NCBI RefSeq assembly: GCF_006345805.1
Contig: NC_042998.1
Coordinates: 161,386,001 to 161,450,000 of the forward strand
DNA from: Octopus sinensis
Taxonomy: Eukaryota
DNA length: 64,000 nt
Reading direction: 5' to 3'
A model generated the notes under the pieces. It worked only from the letters and a program-made list of their open reading frames with translations. It did no database searches and was not told the origin of the DNA. Positions 63,673 to 64,000 of this stretch are shown here, in pieces; the stretch's first letter is position 1, and the number at the start of each line of letters is the position of its first letter. The position numbers and the translations under genes were made by a program.

Positions 63673-64000
63673 AAGGGGGTGCTGAAAGTTCCTGGCTTTT
63701 GGTATAAGAAAATACAGGAGGATCAGTTAATTATTAAGTTGAGGAAAATGTTTGTGTGCTGTATTAAGCATTATTTTAACATAGCATTACTTTTAAAATA
63801 ATGCTGTGTTAAAATAATGCTTAATATGGTGCACAAACTTTCCCCACAAACTAATAAGATTTTATTCGACATATTTCCCTTTCAGATGCATACACTTATT
63901 GCAGCAGTACTTCATTTTTTTCTAAGACCTGTAAAAGAACTTGGAAGGTTGGGCCTCCAGGCCTTTCACAATATCTTTAAAGCTAGAAATTTTCTGCACC
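63672..64000 (-). mobile_element. Mariner-derived MITE (same family as 60998), interrupted by a palindrome
   Basis: Reverse complement of 60998-61214, except for an insert at 63734-63854. It runs to the window edge. Confidence 0.75.
63734..63854. mobile_element. Foldback palindrome inserted at a TA
   Basis: TA at 63732-33 and 63855-56. The inner arms 'tattaagcattattttaacatagcatta' / 'taatgctgtgttaaaataatgcttaata' match at 27 of 28 positions around a 'cttttaaaa' centre. Confidence 0.75.

Overview
AT-rich eukaryotic non-coding DNA saturated with microsatellites and transposon debris. The SINE families and overall texture suggest an octopus or other coleoid cephalopod genome; this is inferred from recalled repeat families, not from a search. 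No intact host gene could be identified and nearly all listed ORFs are microsatellite artefacts. One weak two-exon candidate lies at 11.1-11.4 kb. Recognisable content: (1) many copies of four or more SINE families; (2) a complete but decayed DD37D (maT-type) Tc1/mariner element with TIRs and TA TSD, interrupted by a solo LTR with a 4-bp TSD; (3) two internally deleted Chapaev3-like transposons; (4) piggyBac-like and mariner MITEs; (5) 3' fragments of L1/Tx1, RTE, CRE-like and I-group LINEs and two Penelope GIY-YIG remnants. The most interesting signals are: minimal type I hammerhead ribozyme motifs with one shared unusual architecture, one of them in an element with a tRNA-derived Pol III head (a candidate ribozyme-bearing SINE); three unrelated TA-flanked, TTAA-bounded foldback palindromes; a 333-bp templated duplication running from one SINE through unique DNA into another; a ~700-bp inverted repeat pair; and a decayed J-domain-like remnant. 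Repeat boundaries are read by eye and are approximate unless a TSD or TIR is given.
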